This document shows, piece after piece, positions 26,139 to 34,955 of a DNA stretch of 34,955 nucleotides. A program made the translations under genes and the position numbers. Source of the DNA: a virus. Its lineage: Duplodnaviria; Caudoviricetes. Location of the stretch: positions 1 to 34,955 of IMG/VR virus record IMGVR_UViG_3300030376_004325, one strand, 5' to 3'. Numbering within the stretch: the stretch's first letter is position 1; each line of letters starts with the position of its first letter. The notes beneath the pieces are model-generated. The model saw only the letters and a list, made by a program, of their open reading frames with translations. It ran no database searches and was not told the DNA's origin.

Positions 26139-27559
26139 TGTCGATGAGTGGCAAAACATTTCTAGCAGCCTTTCAGGTTGGTTCTAGGCTGTATCCTGAT
26201 GAGGTAGACAGAAGGATTAGCAGAGGGAAGATAGACCTAGAAAAGAACCTTCTCAGAATCAAACAGGAAGCAGAGACAGCCGCGAAAGAAAGAGAGAAGA
26301 CGGGACTTAAAGAGTTTAACGAGTTTAAGCAAGGCTTTGACAAGTTAGATCTTAACAATGTCAACTTTCCTACGCAGTGGAAGAATCTAGTTTCTCAGCA
26401 TATCACTGGCATATCAATGTCACCCACATCAAAGACTATGTATGACAATATAAAGAAAACTGTTGTCGAGTCAGAGATATATAAGAGTTTTGAAGTGGGT
26501 GAAGCTGATGTTGCCAGAGCTGTTCAACACTGGAATCAGAACAACCTAGAGAAGATTACAGATCTTGCTAATCTTCCAGATGACACTAAGCAGTCATTGA
26601 TTCAGTCACACAAGGATTTTCTTAAAGAGGAAGAGAAGCAGAAGCTCAGTGATGAGTTAACCCTCAAGGATGAAGTGACAAGAGAGGGCGATGAGAGGGC
26701 AACCTTCACAACCTTCCTTCAAGAAACTGGCAGCTCCTACAAGCCGGAAGACTTTAACAAGCCGGAAGCTCGCAATGAAATGCGGAGACACAACCAGATC
26801 AAGGAGGTTAATGATCTGGCAATCCAAGCCGGCAAAGACGGCATCCCTCTACTCAAGAGGCTCAAGATTAAAGAAGACGGATCAGGCTACGAAAACCTTG
26901 TGCCTATCAAGGCAGAGCTTCAGGAGATAATTGACGAAAAGAAAAGGAAGAGAGGGCAGGCTGGCAAGTCACTATCTGAAGCTGAAGGCAATGCTTTGGC
27001 CTACTCTGAGAGAATGCGGTTTGATAACAGGATTATGGATCAGGCCGAGATTAACGGGGTTAACCCAAGAAAGGATCTGATAGACGGCTTTATTGCTAAT
27101 TACACGCAGGACAAAAGTTTCAGCATTAGCAATGCGTTACTTGATGAAGGCTTTCAAAGTTTCAAGGTTGCTGCAGACAACTTTATCAGGGCAGTACTTC
27201 GTAAGGAGTCAGGTGCTGCGATTGCAGAGAGTGAGTATATAGGAGCCTTTAGGGACTACATCCCTCTACTGGGAGACAGCCAGAAAGTTGTAGAGCAGAA
27301 GCGAGCACTTAGGAGAGGAATCACTAACACAATGCGGAAGATCTCGGGAGTACCTTGGGATGATTCTGAGTTTGTTAATGCACCACTCCAGTTTTCCGCT
27401 GTTTTGGGTGATGACGGTGAAGTGGAAGCAACTGCCAGACAGCAGGCTGATAAGTACTTTAATCTAGGCTATATACAACCGGGCGACACTATTGAAATAG
27501 AAATGCCAAACGGTTTTCAAAGTTTCATCTACAAACCTAAGCCTCAAAAAACGCCTTGA
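26138..27559 (+). CDS. Putative DNA ejection / internal virion protein
   Basis: Helical; FIRAVLRKESGAAI..SEY motif; position. Confidence 0.7.
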   Translation: MSMSGKTFLAAFQVGSRLYPDEVDRRISRGKIDLEKNLLRIKQEAETAAKEREKTGLKEFNEFKQGFDKLDLNNVNFPTQWKNLVSQHITGISMSPTSKTMYDNIKKTVVESEIYKSFEVGEADVARAVQHWNQNNLEKITDLANLPDDTKQSLIQSHKDFLKEEEKQKLSDELTLKDEVTREGDERATFTTFLQETGSSYKPEDFNKPEARNEMRRHNQIKEVNDLAIQAGKDGIPLLKRLKIKEDGSGYENLVPIKAELQEIIDEKKRKRGQAGKSLSEAEGNALAYSERMRFDNRIMDQAEINGVNPRKDLIDGFIANYTQDKSFSISNALLDEGFQSFKVAADNFIRAVLRKESGAAIAESEYIGAFRDYIPLLGDSQKVVEQKRALRRGITNTMRKISGVPWDDSEFVNAPLQFSAVLGDDGEVEATARQQADKYFNLGYIQPGDTIEIEMPNGFQSFIYKPKPQKTP

Positions 27560-27562
27560 TCT

Positions 27563-30500
27563 ATGGCAGCGAAAGAAAAGACCTCCACCTTTTTAGATGA
27601 CCTTGTTCCTGTCACTAAAGAGAAAGAAGAGTTTGAACTGTCTCCAGTTACTGACTCTCTGAGGCAGATCAGGCCAACGCCTTCGACTACATCCCCAAGG
27701 AAGCCTAAAGAGGACTTCAAGCTAGATCCTGACTTTGTTCCTGTTGGTGAAGTCAGGACTTTCACAGACGATGAGCTTTTCAGAAAGATCGAGGGGAATC
27801 TTGAATACAGCCCCACTGACGCAGAGCTAGATAAATACATTAAGTATAAGGAGCAGAATCCCACAGGAGCCGTAGACTTTATAAAAGGAGCTTGGGATGG
27901 AGCTTGGGGGGTTCTGGGAGAGATTGGATCAGGAGCCAAGGCTATCGTATCGGAACCCCTGAAGAGCTTGGACTTCTTTACAGCAGAAGGCTGGGAGCGG
28001 AAGGCAGCCAATATCTCCGAAGCTGTTGCAAGATCTACTTGGGATTTAGGCGTTCTAGGCCGGGAGTTCAATGAGATGTTTGGCCGGCTTCGGGATGATG
28101 AGCTTCGTGAGGAGATGAAGGAGATGAAGCTGCGGCAGTCAAATCCTGATTACCGAATGAAGGGAGCAATGGGAGGAGAGGCTTACCTCTCACCGGAGCA
28201 GAAGGAGAGTCTTAGAAAGACGTTTGCCGTTGATTATATCAAGGAGAGGATTAGCGACGATCTGGATGACATCGAGGAGACTACAGACAACTTTCAGAAG
28301 CCGGTTGACCAGCTCAAGAGAGAGTTTACCAGAAGAGGGTTGACCTATGTAGAAGATGCAACCAAGAGGGACTACACAACAGCCAACTACATCGACAACA
28401 TACTGGACGATAAGCAGCGTAAGAAGTTGGTGGACGATTTCCCAAACTGGATGAGAGGGAGGCAGCGGGATAGGTGGAGGAGAACCCGCTATATGCAGAA
28501 GATCTCTGAGAGAGCCAGACGGGGAGATCAGACGATAATCGGGGAGTTCTTCGGGCCAGAGTTTGACGAGAAATTTAGGAAGGTAGTCAACCCACAAGTG
28601 GCTACCCTATTGAGCTATGCCGGCGGCCCTCCAGAGGTTGCTGGAGCATTAGCTGCGAGGATCCCAAGGAAAGGATTAACAGCAGGGGCAGCACTCACAG
28701 ATCCGATACAGACAGCCCCAACCTTGGGGGGCAAGGCAACAGAGCTGGCAGGTAGAGGACTAAGGGGAGCCGGGGAGAAGGTCGAGCAGCTAGGTGACTA
28801 TATTGTAGAAACTCCACAGAGAGCTGCAGGGGTTGGTGCTCTGCTGGGAGCTGCAGCATCAAGAGATCTCTCTGGTGTTCCTGCTGGGGCATTAGCTGGA
28901 GCAGTGGAGCAAAGGGTTGGGGTTATCTCTTCAGCCGGTAGAGCACTGCAGAGCGCAGGTGAAACTGCTCAGGCTATCGGTGAGGTAGTTGGAAGGCCGG
29001 GAGGCACTGAGGGCATCCTGAAGGCAGCCAGCAGGGTTGCCCCTACCGAAGAGACAGCCAAGAAGTTGAACGCAATTAGCTTCTTAGATCCTGCAATCAA
29101 TCTAGCTTCAGATCTGGGCAAGGGAGCAGCAACTGGCTCCTTCGTTGGTCTGGCACTGGCAGCCCCTTCAGAAGATGCTGGAGTGATGGGGGCCGGCTTC
29201 GGTGGAGGACTCACAGGCGGCTTTGTAGGGTCAGGAGCCGGCAGGTTCCTGACCAAGGGTGCGCTACTTAGAAACCAGCAGCAGAACGATTGGGAACAGT
29301 TCCGGCAAAGGCTATCGCCCAAGCAGATCGAAAGCATCAAGAAGTATGCCCCTGACATAAACACAATGGGGCAGGTGATGAGTCAGGTGAGAATGCTGGA
29401 GGGTGTTCTTACTCCTGAGAGTCGAGGCAATGTAGATTTTGATTTCATATCTCCCCAAGAGTTTATTAACAGGTTTGGTGCAGCTCGCGGTGTTGTAGTT
29501 ACAGGCAACAGGGTTAAGCCTGAGATAATTATCAACACAGGTTGGCGCGGCCCTAACAGCCTTTTCCACGAGGCTTGGCACGCAATGAAACGCTTCGCCG
29601 GCACTACAGAGCAGGTAAAGGTTGCCGGTGAAGGCAAGCAGGAGCAGCCAGTACTCCAGCCTTACCTGAAGAAGGTTCAGACAATCCTATTCGGTGAGGA
29701 GCTTGGAGGGCAGCAGGTAGTCAAGGGGCTATACGATAAGGAAACAATCCTGAATGATTTTGCCGATCAGTACACTGACAAGATGACTGATGAGCAAAAA
29801 GCGAAGTGGGAAGATAGCTTTAAGCAGGATCCTGTCACCAAGGAGAAGTTTACCCCAGAACAGGCAGAGCAGAACAAGCTGAATTACCTGATGGAGGAGC
29901 TGGAAGCTGAGAGCTTCAGGTATCTGATGAGTGGATCAGATCCAAGAGGGATTGCATCAGGCCAGAGAAGTGTCACGCAGAAGTTTGTGGATCATATACT
30001 CCTCGCTGAACACAGCAAGACGCTAAGAGGAATGAAGAAGGCTCTCAGTTCTGTAGGAATCAGGTTCAAGGGATCTGGAGAACCTTCTGATATATTTGCA
30101 GAGAAGGACAGCAAAGGAAGGTGGAAAGGGCTAACCAACAGCCCAGAGCTAAACGCTGCTTTAAGGGACTATGTGAGGGCTTGGGAAGGGCTGCAGTACA
30201 GAACCCGATATATTGATGACGTAGAGCCTTCTGGCTTCCAGATAGGAGGGCAGGGAGTGACCGGCAGCAGGGTAGTAGAGTTTCAACTTCGCAAGCCTGA
30301 GAACAATTTTCTAAGGGAGCACTTTAAGAGTTCCGACATCATCAAAAAGGATGACAAAGGTGAGCCTGTACTAATGCCTGACGGTGTTACTCTTGAGCTA
30401 CTTTCGGAAGGGCAGATCAGGAAGCTGCAGGAAGACAGGGCTGAACTGGTCAAGAAGGCTTTAGAGGATACTGAGGATCCCAACGGGATGACCTCAAAGG

Positions 30501-33500
30501 TAAACGATAAAGGTGAAGTATCTTTCAGTGGCGTACCAACTCCAAGGCAGTTGGATGCTATTGATACGATCCCCAGCAACATCCTCACACCTAACCAGAA
30601 GCAGATAATCAGGGAAGTCAGCACAATGATGGCAGACGATCCCGGTGCTCCTCTACAGTTCCTCTATAACGCTGCAATCGGCAAAGGTAAGAGGTACAGC
30701 AGCAGCCTAAGCAGCAGCCACAGGATAGCTGTGCCTTTGGGCTTCCACGTTAGCAAAGCACAGAACTTTTATTTCACCTCTTTGGATCTGGGTGCTTATC
30801 AGAACAAGCTAAAGGCTTGGGCTGATGACACTAAGAAGGCATTGCACAAGGGAGGGCATAAACTGGCTCTCTGGGATAAGGATGTGAAAGCCTTTGAGGC
30901 TGATCTCTTCAAGTATCTGGACAACCACAAAAACGGTAGACCGGGAGACACAGGGCTTGCCCCAGATCAGAAGACTGCAGAGCAGAAGAGGAACGTCCTG
31001 AATGACTTTTTTAATATCAACAAGGGAGAGGACGCTCAAGGGACTCAAAGCAACTTCAACCCTATAGCTGCAGCTAGGAGAGCTGTGGATCCTAAGACCG
31101 GCAAGCAGAAGAAAAGAGCTTACAGGAATCTGGAGAACCTTATCAGATCCTACCGGCTGGACAGGGTGCTAGATGAGGACTTTGGTAAGTCACTGAGCTA
31201 CTCGCTTGGTAAGCCTCTGCCGATGAAGTCACAGGCTGATTTCTACCGGAGACAACTGGAGAACTTTATGGCTCTGCCTAACCAGCAGCAGGGTGCTCGC
31301 TTTATGCCGGCTCCTGCAGAGGGGGAGAATATGGTGGCAGTGCATAACCTCTCTGCAGACAACTTGAGGCACAGCTTAAAGATGGGAGGGATAGCCAACC
31401 CCTCTATGGCAATCCTCGACGTAAACAAGGGTGGAGGCTTTGACAGCTACGGTGACATCACTCTGGTAGCCTCCAAGGAGCTGATAGATCCGAAGAAAGG
31501 GGCAAAGGTTTTCGGGGCTGACATATACAGCCCAAGGTATCCTGATATTACAGTAATGATGCCTAAAGAGACTCGGAACAAGATCGAGAAATACCTAGAG
31601 CCTTATCAGAACATAAACGATAAATATGTAGAGGGATCTAGCATCTGGACGTTAGACCTAGAAACTGAAGGGTGGAAAAGGGCGGCAACGCACCACACTG
31701 GCATAAGAACAGCCTACCTAAAAGAGAAGGGGCTAATGCCTGAGATCGCAGAGGGTGAAAACGCCAGCAGTAAGATCAACCAAGCAGCAAGAGGTAACTT
31801 TGATGACTTTTCCAAGTGGGTTCAAGATCTTCCAGAGAGAGAAGGCTGGCAGTTTGAGGAAAAGATATTTAGAGGCTTCACTCCAGCCGGGAACAGAAGG
31901 TACACCCCTCACACTCTTGATAATGTTGTGAAGATAATGAAGCGCAACATCAGGGGAGGAGAGAACTTCAACTACGGCTCAGGATCAGTGAGGGCTAAGG
32001 TTGCCCCTCAGTTTAGATCTGTTGCACAGATTAAGAAGAGCAGAGGCAAGCTAACAGATCCAAGGTCTATGGAGAGGGTGAAGGATGAGGTCAACGCTGA
32101 TTTGAATATCTTGGCTGATGAGTTTGAGCCTTATATGAGCTTTAGCCGGGATTACTTGGATCTTGGTCTTTTCACTGAGCACCTGCAAGAGGCTGCAGAA
32201 AGAGGTACAAGATCACTAAGAGCTTACTACGAAGAAGGTGCTCCCTTTGACAAAGCTGCCGGCTTCCTGAACAAGCTGAAGGATCTACCCAGTGACTACT
32301 TTGAGGCTAAGTTTCCGAGGGCTGTACAACTGGAAGAATTTGAAGCTGCTATCATCCCCGAAGATCTGGATCCAAAACTAAAGAAGGTTTTAGAGGATAG
32401 AGGGCTGGAGCTGAGAGAGTATGATGTGGAGCAGGCTGATATATTTCCCACTTCAAGGAAGGGAGTTCTGCAGAAACAAACAGAGGAGGCTGGGCTTCGC
32501 TTTATGCCACAGCCAACCTTCTACTCCAAAGCAGAGAGAGCAGTAGAGGGAGCTAAGGCTGGCATCTTCAACAAGGAGGGGATGACTTCAGTGGGTCAGG
32601 CAAAAGCATTGCTTGAGAAGAATGCTCCACAGACAGAGCTGGAGTGGAGCGGGGTACTGGACTATCTGGATCTGCAGAAGGAGGAAGGCAATAAGGTTTC
32701 CAAGCAGGATCTCCTGAGCTACCTCAAGAATAACGGGGTGGAGGTTGAGGAGGTTTATAGGGGAGGGGCAGATCCTAAAGACTTTGAGGCAAGTGTAGCT
32801 TTCTTAAATTTTCCCCCAGTACTTACCCCTTATAACACAGGGAAGCCTATACCAAAGAAGATGCGGGATTCCTTTAATGCAAAAGCAAAGGACACAGACG
32901 GCAACGTGGAAGAGTTTTCTATTGTTAGAGAAAAAGACGGAGAGGATTATACTTATTACGTTGTAGGAGAGGATAACAAGAGAGTTAACATCGAGGAAGA
33001 GGCTCCTGCAGGTAAGCAGGATCTCAAAGATGTTGAGGCTGCAATAATCAAATTTATGGAGGATAAGTATAAGCCTGAAAGGCAAACTATCCCAGAGGGA
33101 GCAGAAGGCCCAACTTACTTCAGTCCCACAGAACAATTTGCAGGAGGGCCGGCAGCTCTCCCCGGTGGAGAGAACTACAGCGAGCTAGTGCTGAAGCTGC
33201 CTGATGGCTCTTTGAAGGGAGGAGAGACAGAATACTTTGAAGTACCTTCTGGCCACAGATTCCCTGAAGACAACATACTGGCTCACGTTAGATTCACAGA
33301 GAGGACAGATGCAGACGGTAAGAGGATGCTGTTCCTCGATGAGGTGCAGAGTGATTGGAACAGTGAAGGCAGGGAAAGAGGATTTAAGGTTAAAAAGATA
33401 CCAACACAACCGAACGGGCTGCCTGAAGGGTATCAAGTGAAAAGACAAGGCTCTGGACACTACGCTGTTTTCAAAGAAGAAGGAGGCACTGGTAATCCGA

Positions 33501-34339
33501 TAGCTCCCTTTGGATCAAGGTTTAGCCAGCGAGAGGCTATAGAGTACGCTATTAACCACTTCAAAAAAAATCAGCCTGTTACTGGCGTTCCAGATATGCC
33601 CTACAAGGGTAGCAAGTGGCAGGATCTTGTAATGAAGAGAATGATCCGCTGGGCAGCAGATAACGGTTACGACAGGCTGGGCTGGATCACTGGTAAAGAT
33701 ACGGCTGACAGATATGACCTAAGTAAGGCAGTTGATGAAATTAAGTATATCCCAGAGCAGCAAAGGCTAATCGCTTCTAGGGGAGAGTATGGGAAACAAA
33801 GCTACGAGAGAGTGGTAGACAAGGAGCAGGTGACACCTGAGAACCTTGAATCTTATATCGGTAAGGACTTGGCAAAGAAGCTAATTGAGTCACCAGAAAA
33901 AGAAGGTGGAGTTGAAGGTGAAGGTGATATTGTAAAGACCAGAGTTTTGTCAGGTAAGGATCTCCAGATAAGCCCAGCTTGGGCAGAGAACCTCTACGAC
34001 AAGAGCCTTCCAAAGATCGCCAGAAAGCTAACCAAGAAGAAGGGTGCAGTGGGCAGGGTTGGGATCTACGGATCCAACGGTAAGCTAAACGGTGCTCTGG
34101 CTAAGAACGGCATCAAGCCGAAGTACGAGGCCAACTATGTTGACATCTCCCCAGAGGTGAAAGAGCTGGCTCAGGAAGGGTTCAGCTACTTTATGCCGGA
34201 GGGTAGAGGAGGAGCAGCTACAGCCCCAGTACAGACTGCAGCACCTCAGCCTCCTAGTGGGGTAATTATCCCCAAGGTAAAACTGACAGAGGATGAGAAG
34301 GAAGAGAGCAGGAAACTACTGCAAAGTTTAGGACAATGA
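27563..34339 (+). CDS. Giant internal virion / polyvalent protein (2258 aa)
   Basis: Gly/Ala hydrophobic region, HEAWH zincin-like motif (29567-29581), further modules (VHNL..PSMAI..YGDITLV; LPGGENY..HVRF..LDEVQSDW). Confidence 0.85.
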   Translation: MAAKEKTSTFLDDLVPVTKEKEEFELSPVTDSLRQIRPTPSTTSPRKPKEDFKLDPDFVPVGEVRTFTDDELFRKIEGNLEYSPTDAELDKYIKYKEQNPTGAVDFIKGAWDGAWGVLGEIGSGAKAIVSEPLKSLDFFTAEGWERKAANISEAVARSTWDLGVLGREFNEMFGRLRDDELREEMKEMKLRQSNPDYRMKGAMGGEAYLSPEQKESLRKTFAVDYIKERISDDLDDIEETTDNFQKPVDQLKREFTRRGLTYVEDATKRDYTTANYIDNILDDKQRKKLVDDFPNWMRGRQRDRWRRTRYMQKISERARRGDQTIIGEFFGPEFDEKFRKVVNPQVATLLSYAGGPPEVAGALAARIPRKGLTAGAALTDPIQTAPTLGGKATELAGRGLRGAGEKVEQLGDYIVETPQRAAGVGALLGAAASRDLSGVPAGALAGAVEQRVGVISSAGRALQSAGETAQAIGEVVGRPGGTEGILKAASRVAPTEETAKKLNAISFLDPAINLASDLGKGAATGSFVGLALAAPSEDAGVMGAGFGGGLTGGFVGSGAGRFLTKGALLRNQQQNDWEQFRQRLSPKQIESIKKYAPDINTMGQVMSQVRMLEGVLTPESRGNVDFDFISPQEFINRFGAARGVVVTGNRVKPEIIINTGWRGPNSLFHEAWHAMKRFAGTTEQVKVAGEGKQEQPVLQPYLKKVQTILFGEELGGQQVVKGLYDKETILNDFADQYTDKMTDEQKAKWEDSFKQDPVTKEKFTPEQAEQNKLNYLMEELEAESFRYLMSGSDPRGIASGQRSVTQKFVDHILLAEHSKTLRGMKKALSSVGIRFKGSGEPSDIFAEKDSKGRWKGLTNSPELNAALRDYVRAWEGLQYRTRYIDDVEPSGFQIGGQGVTGSRVVEFQLRKPENNFLREHFKSSDIIKKDDKGEPVLMPDGVTLELLSEGQIRKLQEDRAELVKKALEDTEDPNGMTSKVNDKGEVSFSGVPTPRQLDAIDTIPSNILTPNQKQIIREVSTMMADDPGAPLQFLYNAAIGKGKRYSSSLSSSHRIAVPLGFHVSKAQNFYFTSLDLGAYQNKLKAWADDTKKALHKGGHKLALWDKDVKAFEADLFKYLDNHKNGRPGDTGLAPDQKTAEQKRNVLNDFFNINKGEDAQGTQSNFNPIAAARRAVDPKTGKQKKRAYRNLENLIRSYRLDRVLDEDFGKSLSYSLGKPLPMKSQADFYRRQLENFMALPNQQQGARFMPAPAEGENMVAVHNLSADNLRHSLKMGGIANPSMAILDVNKGGGFDSYGDITLVASKELIDPKKGAKVFGADIYSPRYPDITVMMPKETRNKIEKYLEPYQNINDKYVEGSSIWTLDLETEGWKRAATHHTGIRTAYLKEKGLMPEIAEGENASSKINQAARGNFDDFSKWVQDLPEREGWQFEEKIFRGFTPAGNRRYTPHTLDNVVKIMKRNIRGGENFNYGSGSVRAKVAPQFRSVAQIKKSRGKLTDPRSMERVKDEVNADLNILADEFEPYMSFSRDYLDLGLFTEHLQEAAERGTRSLRAYYEEGAPFDKAAGFLNKLKDLPSDYFEAKFPRAVQLEEFEAAIIPEDLDPKLKKVLEDRGLELREYDVEQADIFPTSRKGVLQKQTEEAGLRFMPQPTFYSKAERAVEGAKAGIFNKEGMTSVGQAKALLEKNAPQTELEWSGVLDYLDLQKEEGNKVSKQDLLSYLKNNGVEVEEVYRGGADPKDFEASVAFLNFPPVLTPYNTGKPIPKKMRDSFNAKAKDTDGNVEEFSIVREKDGEDYTYYVVGEDNKRVNIEEEAPAGKQDLKDVEAAIIKFMEDKYKPERQTIPEGAEGPTYFSPTEQFAGGPAALPGGENYSELVLKLPDGSLKGGETEYFEVPSGHRFPEDNILAHVRFTERTDADGKRMLFLDEVQSDWNSEGRERGFKVKKIPTQPNGLPEGYQVKRQGSGHYAVFKEEGGTGNPIAPFGSRFSQREAIEYAINHFKKNQPVTGVPDMPYKGSKWQDLVMKRMIRWAADNGYDRLGWITGKDTADRYDLSKAVDEIKYIPEQQRLIASRGEYGKQSYERVVDKEQVTPENLESYIGKDLAKKLIESPEKEGGVEGEGDIVKTRVLSGKDLQISPAWAENLYDKSLPKIARKLTKKKGAVGRVGIYGSNGKLNGALAKNGIKPKYEANYVDISPEVKELAQEGFSYFMPEGRGGAATAPVQTAAPQPPSGVIIPKVKLTEDEKEESRKLLQSLGQ

Positions 34340-34955
34340 AACTCTTAGAAGATAGAAAGATGAGGGAGAGGCGAAGGCTCAAAGGGGGCCAGAGGCTGAT
34401 GGAGATAGCTAGGAGATCCAAGAAGGAGCCAGCCAAGAAGCAGGAGGCAAAGCCGGCAGTGGCTGGATCCGACAGGCTCAGACTTGGCCCTGTTGGTGAC
34501 AAACCGATGTTTGAGAACTTCAACTACTACAGCATCGCATCAGATCCAAAAGAAGAGGGAGGCTTGATGCAGAAGGTGCTGCAGGCGTTCAAAGGGGATC
34601 GAGATTACAGCCAGCCAGTTAATCCAGATCAAGAGAAGCAGGAGAAGGAGCTGGGTGAGGCTGTGAGCCTCCTGAAGAGCATTGAAACAGGTTTAGGTAA
34701 GATCACCCCCTCTACCACTAAACTGCCGTCAGAGGACAAGGAGGCGATGCTGGAGAAGGGTATGAAGCGCAGGCTAATCAGGGAGCTGATAGATCTGGAT
34801 AACCTGCCGGAGATTAAGGAGACAGCCGCTAAGATCCGAAGGGATAAGAAGAGGGGCAGACTGAAGACTGTAACCGATACAGTGGATAAGGAGGCAGTGA
34901 TGCAGAAGCTGACAGATCTGGAGGCAGCGATAGGTGATCCTGATGATGACTCTTT
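34336..34955 (+). CDS. 5' part of a hypothetical protein (runs off window)
   Basis: ATGA overlap with giant gene; open for 206 codons. Confidence 0.75.
   Translation, partial: MKLLEDRKMRERRRLKGGQRLMEIARRSKKEPAKKQEAKPAVAGSDRLRLGPVGDKPMFENFNYYSIASDPKEEGGLMQKVLQAFKGDRDYSQPVNPDQEKQEKELGEAVSLLKSIETGLGKITPSTTKLPSEDKEAMLEKGMKRRLIRELIDLDNLPEIKETAAKIRRDKKRGRLKTVTDTVDKEAVMQKLTDLEAAIGDPDDDS

Larger units (their letters stand above)
1..34955. mobile_element. Temperate tailed bacteriophage (podovirus-like), near-complete genome in non-integrated arrangement
   Basis: Integrase, intact attP, xis, terminase, portal, scaffold, capsid, tail tubular and ejection genes in phage order; no host genes; no tape-measure or sheath gene recognised. 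Confidence 0.95.

Overview
The window is an almost complete temperate tailed-phage genome (about 35 kb, short-tail/podovirus-like gene set), nearly all on the + strand. Gene order: attP (5' half of a tRNA-Thr(UGU) with arm repeats), early genes plus tyrosine integrase and an RlpA-like transglycosylase, a ribbon-helix-helix (RHH) switch, excisionase and recombination genes, an AT-rich putative origin, terS/terL, a spanin-like pair, dNMP kinase, portal, scaffold, capsid, tail fibres, membrane/holin genes, tail tubular proteins, ejection proteins and a 2258-aa polyvalent protein. The most striking feature is a candidate trans-acting small RNA at about 11672-11755 (5' hairpin, exposed seed, intrinsic terminator). 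Its seed is the exact reverse complement of an ACAGATATG-containing motif covering the start codons of five distant early genes, including the integrase. Other notable features are an all-RHH switch with four GTGTACACAGT operators, an attP restoring the 5' rather than 3' tRNA half, an arm-like repeat inside terS, and FMP-delimited modules in the giant protein. All calls come from reading motifs by eye; no searches were run.
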